A stretch of 44,362 nucleotides of DNA from Bifidobacterium breve (GTDB lineage: Bacteria; Actinomycetota; Thermoleophilia; Gaiellales; F1-60-MAGs149), in NCBI GenBank assembly GCA_945861955.1, contig CAMAWJ010000001.1, positions 1 through 44,362 of the forward strand. The letters are read 5' to 3'. A program made the translations under genes and the position numbers. Below the pieces are notes generated by a model. The model did not search any database, was not told where the DNA came from, and saw nothing but the letters and a program-made list of their open reading frames with translations. Positions 1-9,040 of this stretch are shown piece after piece; position 1 is the stretch's first letter, and the number at the start of each line of letters is the position of its first letter.

Positions 1-1059
1 GGTGTGCAGAAGAGTCCCGACTGGAATGCCCAGCCATTTAATGACGGCGCTGGCTTCTTGGATGTGGCCTACGACCCAGACACCGGAATCCGTTCCTCGG
101 CCAGCGTCTCCTACCTGCATCCGATCATGGATACGCGCGGGAATCTCCACGTCATCTGCGATACGCGCGCGCTCCACATCGGACTCGAGAACGGCCACGC
201 ACGCACTGTGAGCTGTGAGGGTCCAGACGGTCCGATCACGTACCGCGCGAGCCAAGAGGTGATTCTCTGTGCCGGAGCGATCGATTCGCCGCGTCTATTA
301 CTGCTATCCGGGATCGGACCGGCGGACGACCTACGGGAACTGGACATCGATGTGCAGCACGACCTACCAGGCGTCGGCGGCGAGATCCTCGATCACCCAG
401 AGTCGATCATCATGTGGGAGCTGAAGAAGCCGCTCGGACCGCAGACCGCGATGGGCGCCGACTGTGCGCTCTTCGTCAACCGACTCAAGGCCGATGATCG
501 ACCGGACCTGATGTACCACACCTATCAACTGCCGTTCACGTTCAACACGGAGCGGCTTGGCTATCCGGTGCCCGAGAACGTGATCTGCATGACGCCGAAC
601 ATCCCTCGCACGAAGTCACGCGGAAGCCTCTGGTTGCTGAGCAAGAGCCCCGACATCAAGCCGGCGATCGACTTTGGCTACTTCACCGACGCCGACGGCT
701 ACGACGAGCAAACGATCGTTGACGGTCTCGAGATCGCGCGCGAAGTGGCAGCGACTGGCCCCTTCAAGGAGTGGATCAAGAAGGAGGTCGCTCCCGGACC
801 CAAGATCACCTCCCGCAAGGATCTTTCAACGTATGGGCGCGCCGCACACCACACGGTGTATCACCCGCTTGGTGGCTGCAAGATCGGTGCCCTTGACGAC
901 CCAACGACAGTCGTTGGTCCTGATCTCAAGGTCAAGGGAATCGACGGGTTACGCGTCGCCGATGGCGCGATCTTCCCGGCCCTGACCACCGTCAATCCCG
1001 TGGTGGGCGTCTTGATGATCGGCGAGAAGTGCGCCGATCTGATTCGCTCGGGCCGCTAG
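1..1059 (+). CDS. GMC-family FAD oxidoreductase (choline dehydrogenase/oxidase-like), C-terminal part; 5' end lies outside the window
   Basis: The frame is open from the window edge to the stop at 1057-1059. Motifs AGAIDSPRLLLLSGIGP and HHTVYHPLGGCKIG...VADGAIFP are typical of the GMC oxidoreductase C-terminal region. Confidence 0.85.
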   Translation, partial: GVQKSPDWNAQPFNDGAGFLDVAYDPDTGIRSSASVSYLHPIMDTRGNLHVICDTRALHIGLENGHARTVSCEGPDGPITYRASQEVILCAGAIDSPRLLLLSGIGPADDLRELDIDVQHDLPGVGGEILDHPESIIMWELKKPLGPQTAMGADCALFVNRLKADDRPDLMYHTYQLPFTFNTERLGYPVPENVICMTPNIPRTKSRGSLWLLSKSPDIKPAIDFGYFTDADGYDEQTIVDGLEIAREVAATGPFKEWIKKEVAPGPKITSRKDLSTYGRAAHHTVYHPLGGCKIGALDDPTTVVGPDLKVKGIDGLRVADGAIFPALTTVNPVVGVLMIGEKCADLIRSGR

Positions 1060-1074
1060 CCGCACCGCGCAGCG

Positions 1075-2001
1075 TCAGGCCTTCGCCTCGAACCGCGCTC
1101 GACTTAATTGGGCGAGCGTGACGGCTGCGAGCACGCCAAGGCCACCGATCACCTGGAGTGGGCTCAATACCTGACCGAGCAGTGACCACGCGATCGCACC
1201 CGCGATGATTGGTTCGAGCATCGCCGTCACGGTTGCTCCATCGGCGCGCACTCGTCGCACCCCCGCGAGGAACATGGCGAACGGGATAACCGTGCCAACG
1301 ATCACGACAAACAGGACGTACAGATACGTCGGAGCACTGACCGGGGAAGTCGCTGCCACCTGGGAGAGCACCGACCACGGAAAGGACCACCACGGGAGCG
1401 CGATGCCAAGAGCCACTGCGCCGAAGGCGAGGCCGATGCCAAGCACGCTGACGGGCGACCGAGTGCGCATCAGTGACTCGCTGTGAAGGGAGTAGTAGGC
1501 GTACGAGAGGGCGGCCCCGACACTGAAGGCAATTCCGACCCACGACAGCGAGCCAGTGTCGTTGCCGACACCCAGCACGAGCACGAGACCCGCGATCGCA
1601 CCGGGGATTGCGACCCAGACCAGCCACGGCAGCCTGCGGCCCCAGACAAAGCGAACCCAGAGCGCCACCAGCAGGGGTGCCGAGTACTCGATCACGAGCG
1701 AGATGCTGATCGGTATCCGATTGATGGCCTCGAAGTAGAACAGTTGAACACCGATCAGGCCGAGCGTTCCGAAGCAGGCGTAGGCCAGGATCTCACGCCG
1801 ATTGAGTCGCAGCTCTTCGCGGCGACGCAAGGCCACCCAGCTGAGCAAAATTGCGGCGGCCAGGGTCAATCGCAGCTCGGCAAACCGATCTGGCGCGAGG
1901 CCCGCGTCCATCACGACACGCGCAGCGGTGCCGCTGACGCCCCAGAGCGTTGCGGCGCCGGCGACGAGCAACGTGCCGGAGAGCGTTCGCGAAATCGGCA
2001 T
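1075..2001 (-). CDS. EamA/DMT-family transporter (10-TM drug/metabolite exporter type)
   Basis: Hydrophobic multi-helix protein with an EamA-like duplicated layout. The ORF track gives 1075..2187; I trimmed it to Met63 (CAT at 1999-2001, MPISRTLSGTLLVAGAA...) because the upstream 62 aa are non-membrane Ala/Ser-rich. A TAGGCT -10-like box sits 7 nt upstream of this ATG. Confidence 0.8.
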   Translation of the reverse strand: MPISRTLSGTLLVAGAATLWGVSGTAARVVMDAGLAPDRFAELRLTLAAAILLSWVALRRREELRLNRREILAYACFGTLGLIGVQLFYFEAINRIPISISLVIEYSAPLLVALWVRFVWGRRLPWLVWVAIPGAIAGLVLVLGVGNDTGSLSWVGIAFSVGAALSYAYYSLHSESLMRTRSPVSVLGIGLAFGAVALGIALPWWSFPWSVLSQVAATSPVSAPTYLYVLFVVIVGTVIPFAMFLAGVRRVRADGATVTAMLEPIIAGAIAWSLLGQVLSPLQVIGGLGVLAAVTLAQLSRARFEAKA

Positions 2002-2007
2002 CGCCGG

Positions 2008-2014
2008 TAGCCTA
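2008..2014. promoter_or_regulatory. Overlapping face-to-face -10-like hexamers (TAGCCT on +, TAGGCT on -) in the 19-bp gap between divergent start codons 2001 and 2021
   Basis: The sequence reads CAT-cgccggTAGCCTAcgggta-ATG. Each hexamer fits TANNNT and lies exactly 7 nt upstream of its own ATG. Neither gene has an SD. Confidence 0.35.
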
Positions 2015-2020
2015 CGGGTA

Positions 2021-2713
2021 ATGCTCGCGAACTCCGCCGTCTTGCCGCTCGTCACTGCGCTGCTGGCGGCCGCGTTGGCCGCACGCATGGGCGGCAGTGC
2101 CGCACGCTCGTTCAGTCCGGCCAAGCCGCTTTGGGCGCTCGGGCTGTTGCTCTTTGCAGCTGCCAGCGCAGCATCCGCGTACGGCATTGCTGACGGCTGG
2201 GGGGCAATCTCGTTTCGCGTCTACTACCTGACGGGTGCCTGCCTCTGTGTCGCCCTCCTCGGCGCTGGCTCGGCCTTTTTGGCGTTGCCGCGGCCTGTTG
2301 CGTTGATCGTGTTTGGGATGACACTGACGGCAGCCGTGGGGGCCACGGTGACGGTCTTGATCGCTCCCGTCGATCTGGGCCTGATCGCGAGCGTGAGTGG
2401 CCTCGAGGCGCCGCCTAACAGCGCCATTGCTGGACACGCAGCGATCTGGGCAATCGCCATGAATAGCGTGGGGACGATCCTGCTGATCGCTGGTGCGCTG
2501 ACCTCGATCATTCGACGAACCCGCGTCGGCTCAAACGCCGCGCTCTTGGTTGGCGTGATCGTGATCGCCCTCGCTGGAACCCTGACGCGATTCGGTGGCG
2601 CTGAGGCCCTCTACGTCGGGCAGATGATCGGCCTGATCGTCTTGGGCGTGGGGATGGAGTGGTCGAACCGCGTCGGCTATGCCGCAAGAAACTCCTCGAC
2701 CGTCGCCGTGTAG
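2021..2713 (+). CDS. Hypothetical polytopic membrane protein (about 6-7 TM helices)
   Basis: ORF 1802..2713 trimmed to the ATG at 2021 (MLANSAVLPLVTALLAAALA...). The upstream part is Arg/Ser-rich and is antisense to the EamA gene. Strongly hydrophobic throughout, with no family motif I can recognise. Confidence 0.6.
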   Translation: MLANSAVLPLVTALLAAALAARMGGSAARSFSPAKPLWALGLLLFAAASAASAYGIADGWGAISFRVYYLTGACLCVALLGAGSAFLALPRPVALIVFGMTLTAAVGATVTVLIAPVDLGLIASVSGLEAPPNSAIAGHAAIWAIAMNSVGTILLIAGALTSIIRRTRVGSNAALLVGVIVIALAGTLTRFGGAEALYVGQMIGLIVLGVGMEWSNRVGYAARNSSTVAV

Positions 2714-3540
2714 AGCTCGCGCTCCTCGAGATGCGCACAGTGCGCGCTCTCCTCAAAGACGACCATTTGCCCATCCGGAATCCCATCTAGGATCGTCGCG
2801 GAACAGGCGGGTGTGATCTCGTCGTAGCGACCACAGGTAATCAGGGTACGTTGCGTAATCCGTGCGAGATCTGCTTGTCGGTCCCACTCTTTCAACGTGC
2901 CAACGAGAGTAAACTCGTTCGGGCCATTCATCGTCAGATAAACCTGGTTCCCATCGAGTTCGTCGGCGGTCAAAACCATCGCCTCGGGCCACGGATCAAG
3001 GCGACAGACATGTCGAGCATAAAACTCCGTCGAGGCGGCGACAAAGGCGGGATCGTCGTACAGTCGCGCCTCGCTCAGTTCCAGGATCGTGTCGCAGATG
3101 GCAGCGGGGAGGGCGTGAATCAGGCGGAGCGATTCCTCTCCGAACTGGCGCATGCTGGCCGACGTCGAAGCGAGCACCACTCGTTCGATCCCCTCGGTCC
3201 CACGGCAGAGATACTCGATGGCAAGCCAGCCGCCCCACGATTGCCCAAGCAGGTGGCAGTGCTCGAGACCGAGTGCAGCGCGCACGTCGTCGAGCTCTTG
3301 ACAGGCGCGATCAAGTGTCCAGAGCTTGGGATCATCCGGCTGATCCGAGCGGCCACAGCCAAGCTGATCAAAAATGATCACGGGCCTGTGCAGTGCAAGG
3401 CGTTCGGCGAATGGCTCGAGATAGTAGGAAGCGGCGCCGGGTCCACCATGCAGGAGCAGGATCGGGAGCGCGTCGCCCGCCCCCTCACGTCGCCACCAGA
3501 CCCGGCCGTTGGGTAACTCGAGGTAACCCTCGGTGCGCAT
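2677..3540 (-). CDS. Alpha/beta hydrolase, proline iminopeptidase-like family
   Basis: Contains LLLHGGPGAASYY and the nucleophile elbow GQSWGG. The start is set at Met18 (CAT at 3538-3540), preceded by AGGAGG 7 nt upstream on the minus strand. Confidence 0.8.
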   Translation of the reverse strand: MRTEGYLELPNGRVWWRREGAGDALPILLLHGGPGAASYYLEPFAERLALHRPVIIFDQLGCGRSDQPDDPKLWTLDRACQELDDVRAALGLEHCHLLGQSWGGWLAIEYLCRGTEGIERVVLASTSASMRQFGEESLRLIHALPAAICDTILELSEARLYDDPAFVAASTEFYARHVCRLDPWPEAMVLTADELDGNQVYLTMNGPNEFTLVGTLKEWDRQADLARITQRTLITCGRYDEITPACSATILDGIPDGQMVVFEESAHCAHLEERELYTATVEEFLAA

Positions 3541-3571
3541 GCTGATTCCTCCTGTGTCATCAACCTTATAC

Positions 3572-3597
3572 ACATTTGTGGCGATCTGCACAAATGT
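3572..3597. promoter_or_regulatory. AT-rich palindrome ACATTTGTG-N8-CACAAATGT upstream of the hydrolase gene (operator-like)
   Basis: Perfect 9-bp inverted arms at 3572-3580 and 3589-3597. They lie 32-57 nt upstream of the ATG at 3540, in the only AT-rich patch of the 109-nt intergenic region. Confidence 0.35.
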
Positions 3598-3649
3598 CGC
3601 CGGGCCTCTTCAGTGCGAGCCGAGAAGTCAAGAGACGTCCCTGACGGCA

Positions 3650-4048
3650 CTAACGCGGCCAGCGCTGATCTACTGGCCACGAGACGCGTTGGGCGAACGT
3701 ACTGCCGCCCTCGATAAACGGCATAAAGCGCTGTTGAAACTCGAGTGGGAGCTCGCAATCGAGTGCCGCCTGCCGCATGTGTCCAGCCCACGCAGCACGC
3801 TGCTCCTCCGAGATCTTGAGTCCATTGTGTGCACCGCGCATGACCGCAAAACCACCGCGTTCTTGTGTGTGGAGCGGAGGACCGCCGAGCAGTTCGGTGA
3901 GCCATAGCGCGAGCCGTTCCGCATGCTCCTCACCCTGGTCGTGAAAGAGTGGCGTCAGAATCGCGTCAGCGAACAGCAACTCATAGAACCGCGTGCACAG
4001 ACGGTCCATCGCCGGACCACCACCCGCAAGCGCGTACAGACTGCTCAT
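3650..4048 (-). CDS. glbO: Group II truncated haemoglobin (trHbO-like)
   Basis: 132 aa. The N-terminus MSSLYALAGGGPAMDRLCTRFYELLFAD...LTPLF and the later RGAH...ISEEQRAAW resemble the 2-on-2 globin group II pattern. Confidence 0.75.
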   Translation of the reverse strand: MSSLYALAGGGPAMDRLCTRFYELLFADAILTPLFHDQGEEHAERLALWLTELLGGPPLHTQERGGFAVMRGAHNGLKISEEQRAAWAGHMRQAALDCELPLEFQQRFMPFIEGGSTFAQRVSWPVDQRWPR

Positions 4049-4064
4049 TTAGTTACCCACCAAA

Positions 4065-4138
4065 TCGGGACGGTCAGATTCGAACTGACGACCCCTCGCT
4101 CCCAAAGCGAGTGCGCTACCAGGCTGCGCCACGTCCCG
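4065..4138 (-). tRNA. tRNA-Pro (anticodon UGG)
   Basis: The reverse complement reads CGGGACGTGGCGCAGCCTGGTAGCGCACTCGCTTTGGGAGCGAGGGGTCGTCAGTTCGAATCTGACCGTCCCGA. The acceptor pairs CGGGACG/CGTCCCG, the anticodon loop is TTTGGGA and the T-loop is GTTCGAATC. CCA is not encoded. Confidence 0.92.
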
Positions 4139-4162
4139 TTGTGGGTCGTACCGGTGCGTTCC

Positions 4163-5242
4163 CTAGACTCCTGGGATTGCGCGGAGACCCTGGATCTCGC
4201 GAATTGCTGCCAACTCGCGAAGTGCCTCGACCTCGATCTGACGGATGCGTTCACGCGTCAAACCAAACTCGCGGCCGATCTCGTCCAGCGTTCGCGGATC
4301 GAGACCGTCGAGGCCGTAACGCAACTCGAGCACGCGACGATGCCGCTCAGGGAGGGCACCAAGGCCTTCCTGCAGAGCCTCATGACGCAACTGATCCGAC
4401 ACGGCGTCCATCGGGTCGATCGCCTCAGAGTCGGCCAAAAAGTCCGAGAACGAGGACTCACCCTCGTCGCCGACAGGCTCTTCGAGCGAGATCGGCGAGC
4501 GGGCGGCCTTACGCACATCGAGCACCTGATACAGCGGCAACTTGGCCTCTTCAGCGATCTCCTCGTTCGAGGGCTCACGGCCGAGCCGCAGCATCAGAGT
4601 GCGCTCAGCACGATTGATCTTCTGCAGACGCTCAACGACGTGGACGGGGAGGCGGATCGTGCGGCTCTTGTCGGCGAGCGCGCGCGCCACAGCCTGTCGA
4701 ATCCACCACGTGGCGTACGTCGAGAACTTGAGGTCGCGGCGCCAGTCGAACTTCTCGACGGCACGAATCAAGCCGAGGATGCCCTCCTGGATCAGATCGA
4801 GGAAGCCAAGACCCTGTCCGCGGTAATTCTTCGCAATCGAGACAACGAGGCGCAGGTTCGACTCGACCATCTGCTGCTTGGCCTGCATGTCGCCCTTTTC
4901 AACGCGCTTGGCGAGACGAATCTCGTCGGCCTTCGTCAACAGGGGATAGCGACCGACCTCATGAAGGAACAACTGCAGAGAATCGGTGGTGCCTTCGTAG
5001 GCAAGCCGGCGCTCAAGGGCCGTGGGCTCAGCCGGACGATCGTTGTCGTCGATGATCTCGATGCCTTCGGCCTCGATCAGACGGCGGATCTCGAGGATCA
5101 CATCGGCCTCATCGAGCTCAACGTGCTCGGCAAGTTGCTCAACGATTTCCGCGAACAACAGGGTACCGCGCTCGTTGCCCGCTTCGATCAGGCGCTGGAA
5201 TTCGGGGAGCTCTTGAACTTCATTCGGCTGCTCAACGATCAT
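4163..5242 (-). CDS. rpoD: RNA polymerase principal (group 1, sigma-70 family) sigma factor
   Basis: 359 aa. Region 2 reads [36 protein letters not shown] and region 3 reads [14 protein letters not shown]. Region 4 reads [30 protein letters not shown]. The N-terminal region 1.1-like segment is acidic. Confidence 0.9.
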   Translation of the reverse strand: MIVEQPNEVQELPEFQRLIEAGNERGTLLFAEIVEQLAEHVELDEADVILEIRRLIEAEGIEIIDDNDRPAEPTALERRLAYEGTTDSLQLFLHEVGRYPLLTKADEIRLAKRVEKGDMQAKQQMVESNLRLVVSIAKNYRGQGLGFLDLIQEGILGLIRAVEKFDWRRDLKFSTYATWWIRQAVARALADKSRTIRLPVHVVERLQKINRAERTLMLRLGREPSNEEIAEEAKLPLYQVLDVRKAARSPISLEEPVGDEGESSFSDFLADSEAIDPMDAVSDQLRHEALQEGLGALPERHRRVLELRYGLDGLDPRTLDEIGREFGLTRERIRQIEVEALRELAAIREIQGLRAIPGV

Positions 5243-5314
5243 GTGATCTGCTGACCCTTTCGACGGTTTCGGCGCACCGCGCCGGTAGACTGCTACAAGC
5301 GCACACGCGCCCCA

Positions 5315-5988
5315 ATGACAACGTACGACGGAGACACCCTATTCCCCTTCAGGCAACCTCGCTTTCGCTCGGGCCGTACGGGACAAACTGTTACATCGTT
5401 TACCCGGACGATTCCACCGACTGCCTCGTAATCGACCCCGGTGAAGAACCCGAACGCGTCTTCGCTGCGTTGCAGGAACTGGGGTTGCGCTGCGTCGCGG
5501 TGCTAGTAACGCATGCGCATCTCGACCATGTTGGCGCGGTCGGTGCCATCGCTCGGGAGGCGACGATTCCAGTCTATACCAGCGCAGGTGATGCGTCCGT
5601 TGTTGCCCACATCAACGACCACCTCTGGCCCGGCTTCGGTCCCTACGTCGAGCACGAGCCAGAAGGCAGACTGGAGCCGGGTGTGCCGTTGCGACTCGGT
5701 CAGATCGAGATCGAGGTTTTTGCGACGCCTGGCCACTATCCGGAATCCGTCAGTCTGCTGCTGACTGGCCCCGACGGTGATCAGCTACTTGCCTCCGGCG
5801 ACGTGATTTTTGCCGGCTCTGTCGGGCGCACAGACCTCGACGGCGGCGATTGGCCAACGCTTGAACAGTCGATCGCACTCTTAATCGCCGAAGTCGGGGA
5901 GGATGTACCTGTCTTGACCGGACATGGCCCCGTCACCACGCTACGTCACGAGCGCGCCACGAACCCGTTTCTTGGAGGGCTGCGCTGA
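5315..5988 (+). CDS. MBL-fold metallo-hydrolase (glyoxalase II/YcbL-like). The start is unresolved, with a possible 1-nt frameshift in the CCCC run at 5344-5347
   Basis: Contains THAHLDH plus downstream His/Asp ligands. The conserved N-terminal strand ([17 protein letters not shown]) is encoded in frame 1 from about 5341. That frame has no ATG, GTG or TTG before the TTG at 5470. An ATG at 5315 sits in frame 2 and would join with one extra base. Confidence 0.7.
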
Positions 5989-7265
5989 TGGCTGACGGCT
6001 TCCAAGCACCGCGCGGCACACTCGACTGGTTGCCCGAGCGTTCGGCCGCGCGCCGCGCAATGATCGAACGATTCCGACAAATTTTTGAGGGATCAGGATA
6101 CGGCGAGGCGATGACGCCGATCTTCGAGGACAAGGCCCTCTTCGTACGCACGGCCGGTGAGAGCTCCGAGGTCGTCGGCAAGGAGATGTACCTGTTCGAA
6201 GATCAGGGTGGCCGAGAGCTGGCACTGCGTCCCGAGTTGACCGCCTCGATGGTGCGTCTCTACCTCGAGAACGGTCTTTCCCGGGAGGCGCAGCCCGTTC
6301 GCCTCTGGTCGGCAGGCAACTGCTATCGCTTCGCGGCTGTGCAACGAGGTCGCTACCGCGAGTTTACGCAGGTCAACGCCGAGGCGATTGGCTCCGACGA
6401 TCCGGCCATCGACGCCGAGCTGATCGCGCTACAGCTGCGCTGGTTCGAGTCGCTCGGGCTGGACGGACTCGAGGTTCGGCTCAACACGATTGGTGACCGC
6501 ACCGATCGGGGGCCGTATCTGGACACGCTACGTGCCTACATCGACGCCCACAGTGCGGACGTTGACGATGAGGTGCGACGCCAACGCGAGCTCAACCCAT
6601 TGCGGGCGTTTGACACGAAGGATCCTGCCTCGGCAGCGATCATGGCAGACGCTCCGAAAATCGCAGATGCCGTCAGCGCAGAGGCAGCAACGCACTTCGC
6701 CGCTGTCTGCAGTTTCCTCGACGCCCGAGGGGTCAACTATACGCTCGACCCGACGCTCGTTCGCGGACTCGACTACTACAGCCGCACGACGTGGGAGATC
6801 AGCTGGCCCGCACTCGGGGCACAATCGGGCATCGGTGGCGGCGGCCGCTACGACGGGCTTGCCGAGCTGATTGGCGGCGCACCCACGCCGGGCGTCGGAT
6901 TCGCCTGTGGGATCGAGCGTGTGCTGCTCGCGCTGGAGGATCAGGACCGATCGCCCGCACCCGCGCGACAGATGGATGTCTTCTTCGCGGTCTTTTGTGA
7001 CGCCGCTCGTCCACGACTGCATGCGTTGATGGATCAGGCGCGCATTCGCGGCGTCAACGCTGAAGCCGACCTGGCGGGACGCGCAGTCAAGGGACAGTTA
7101 AAGCAGGCGGATCGCATCGGTGCCGCATTGACCGTCGTCTGCGGCGACGATGAGTGGGCACGTTCCGTCTGTCTCGTCCGCACCATGACGACCGGCGAAC
7201 AGACCGAAATTTCGCTTGACGACCTCGTCGAGCATCTGCACAACGCGAAGATGGGAACGGCATGA
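5988..7265 (+). CDS. hisS: Histidine--tRNA ligase
   Basis: 425 aa. The N-terminus FQAPRGTLDWLPE...MTPIFE and the class II motifs (RELALRPELT, GGGRYDGL) are present. Confidence 0.95.
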   Translation: MADGFQAPRGTLDWLPERSAARRAMIERFRQIFEGSGYGEAMTPIFEDKALFVRTAGESSEVVGKEMYLFEDQGGRELALRPELTASMVRLYLENGLSREAQPVRLWSAGNCYRFAAVQRGRYREFTQVNAEAIGSDDPAIDAELIALQLRWFESLGLDGLEVRLNTIGDRTDRGPYLDTLRAYIDAHSADVDDEVRRQRELNPLRAFDTKDPASAAIMADAPKIADAVSAEAATHFAAVCSFLDARGVNYTLDPTLVRGLDYYSRTTWEISWPALGAQSGIGGGGRYDGLAELIGGAPTPGVGFACGIERVLLALEDQDRSPAPARQMDVFFAVFCDAARPRLHALMDQARIRGVNAEADLAGRAVKGQLKQADRIGAALTVVCGDDEWARSVCLVRTMTTGEQTEISLDDLVEHLHNAKMGTA

Positions 7266-9040
7266 CGTACAGGACCGAACACTGCGGCGATTTCAACGAG
7301 GGTCAGATTGGGACGGACGCGATTGCCTCCGGCTGGACGGCTCGCCGACGCGACCACGGTGGTCTCGTATTCATCGACCTTCGCGATCGCTCGGGCATGG
7401 TCCAACTCGTGATCGATCCCGAGCACGCTCCGACGGCGCTCGAGGTGGCCCAGGCGATTCGTGTCGAGTCTGTCATCCGCGCGACCGGCAAGGTCGTGGC
7501 GCGCGCACCCGAGACCGTCAACGCCAACCTGTCGACTGGGGCCATTGAAATTTTGGTGGATACGCTTGAGGAACTCGCTCCAAGCGACCCGCTGCCCTTT
7601 CAACTAGACGACGAAGGTGTCGACGAGGCCCTCCGAATTCGACACCGCGCGCTCGATCTTCGGCGTGACGTGATGCGCGAGACCCAGTACGTCCGCACGA
7701 TGACGACGCGCCTGATTCGGCGATACCTCGAGGACCGAGGCTTCTGGGAGCTCGAGACCCCGATCCTGACCAAGTCGACACCCGAGGGTGCGCGCGACTT
7801 CGTGGTCCCCGCGCGCCTCGAGCCCGGCAGCGTCTACGCGCTTCCGCAATCCCCGCAGCTGTTTAAGCAGCTGTTCATGATGGGCGGCTACGAGCGCTAC
7901 TACCAGATCGCACGCTGCTTCCGCGACGAGGCTCAGCGTGCCGATCGACAGTTGGAGTTCACGCAGCTCGACCTCGAGATGTCCTTCGTTACGCGCGACG
8001 AGATTCTCGACCTGACCGAAGGTCTGTACTGCGCGCTCTGGAAGGAGATCCTCGGGATTGACTTGCCACGTCCCTTCCTGCGCATCACGCATGCCGAGGC
8101 GATGCTGCGGTTTGGTAGTGACAAGCCAGACCTCCGCTACGGCCTCGAGATCGCAGATGTCTCCTCGCTCGTCGCGAATTCGGGCTTCAGCGTCTTTAAG
8201 GGTGCCGTCGAAAAGGGTGGGGTGGTTCGTGCACTCTCGTGCCCGGGCGCCGCAGCGCTAAGCCGACGCGAACTGGACGAACTCGCCGAGTTTGCCAAGG
8301 AGTGGGGCGGACAGGGTCTTGCCTACCTGTTGCTTGATCCGTCGGGCGAGGTTCGATCGCCAATCGCCAAGTTCCTGTCTGCGGACGAGCTCGCGGGCAT
8401 CATCGCCGCGACCGGCGCGCAACCCGGAGACGCCGTCTTCTTGGCCGCCGATAGCGCTGCCGTCGTGGTGCGCGTGCTCGGTGCACTCCGCCCGCACCTC
8501 GCTGCCCGATACGAGTTGGCCGATCCGAAGGCATGGTCGATGCTGTTCGTCGTCGATTTCCCACTGTTCGGCTACGACGAGAACGAGGGCCGCTGGGTCG
8601 CCGAGCATCACATGTTTACCGCGCCACGGGCCGAAGATGAAGATCGCATCGAGAGCGATCCTGGCTCGGTTCTGTCTGAGGCCTACGACTTCGTCGTCAA
8701 CGGCAGCGAGATCGCCTCGGGCTCACTCCGAATCAATCGACCCGAGCTGCAGGAGCGCGTTTTCCGTACCGTCGGCTTCTCCGACGAAGAGGCAGAGGAT
8801 CGCTTCGGCTTCCTCCTTCGAGCACTCCGTTTCGGCGCACCTCCTCACGGCGGAATTGCCCCTGGCATCGACCGCACCGTGATGCTGCTCGTTGGTACCG
8901 AATCGATTCGCGACGTGATCGCCTTCCCAAAGATCGCCGGTGGTTTTGATCCCCTCACCGACGCCCCGTCGCCCGCCACACCCGAGCAATGGCGAGATCT
9001 TGGTCTCGTCGTGCCACCACCGAAGAAGCAGGACCCATGA
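7262..9040 (+). CDS. aspS: Aspartate--tRNA ligase (bacterial type)
   Basis: 592 aa. Contains [38 protein letters not shown]-like, QIARCFRDE and GSLRI...GGIAPGIDR. An ATGA overlap links it to the hisS stop. Confidence 0.95.
   Translation: MTYRTEHCGDFNEGQIGTDAIASGWTARRRDHGGLVFIDLRDRSGMVQLVIDPEHAPTALEVAQAIRVESVIRATGKVVARAPETVNANLSTGAIEILVDTLEELAPSDPLPFQLDDEGVDEALRIRHRALDLRRDVMRETQYVRTMTTRLIRRYLEDRGFWELETPILTKSTPEGARDFVVPARLEPGSVYALPQSPQLFKQLFMMGGYERYYQIARCFRDEAQRADRQLEFTQLDLEMSFVTRDEILDLTEGLYCALWKEILGIDLPRPFLRITHAEAMLRFGSDKPDLRYGLEIADVSSLVANSGFSVFKGAVEKGGVVRALSCPGAAALSRRELDELAEFAKEWGGQGLAYLLLDPSGEVRSPIAKFLSADELAGIIAATGAQPGDAVFLAADSAAVVVRVLGALRPHLAARYELADPKAWSMLFVVDFPLFGYDENEGRWVAEHHMFTAPRAEDEDRIESDPGSVLSEAYDFVVNGSEIASGSLRINRPELQERVFRTVGFSDEEAEDRFGFLLRALRFGAPPHGGIAPGIDRTVMLLVGTESIRDVIAFPKIAGGFDPLTDAPSPATPEQWRDLGLVVPPPKKQDP

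Noticed and set aside
4065-4138. tRNA genes (Pro, Arg at 35649, His at 40879) as integration sites for mobile elements
   Set aside because: No integrase, excisionase-plus-phage genes, direct repeats of tRNA 3' ends or compositional islands are adjacent. The neighbouring genes are ordinary chromosomal functions.
3923-5254. 443-aa ORF on the plus strand
   Set aside because: It is entirely antisense to the well-supported rpoD gene and tRNA-Pro. The translated sequence is Arg/Leu/Asp-rich with no motifs. Long antisense ORFs of this kind are a typical artefact of high-GC sequence.
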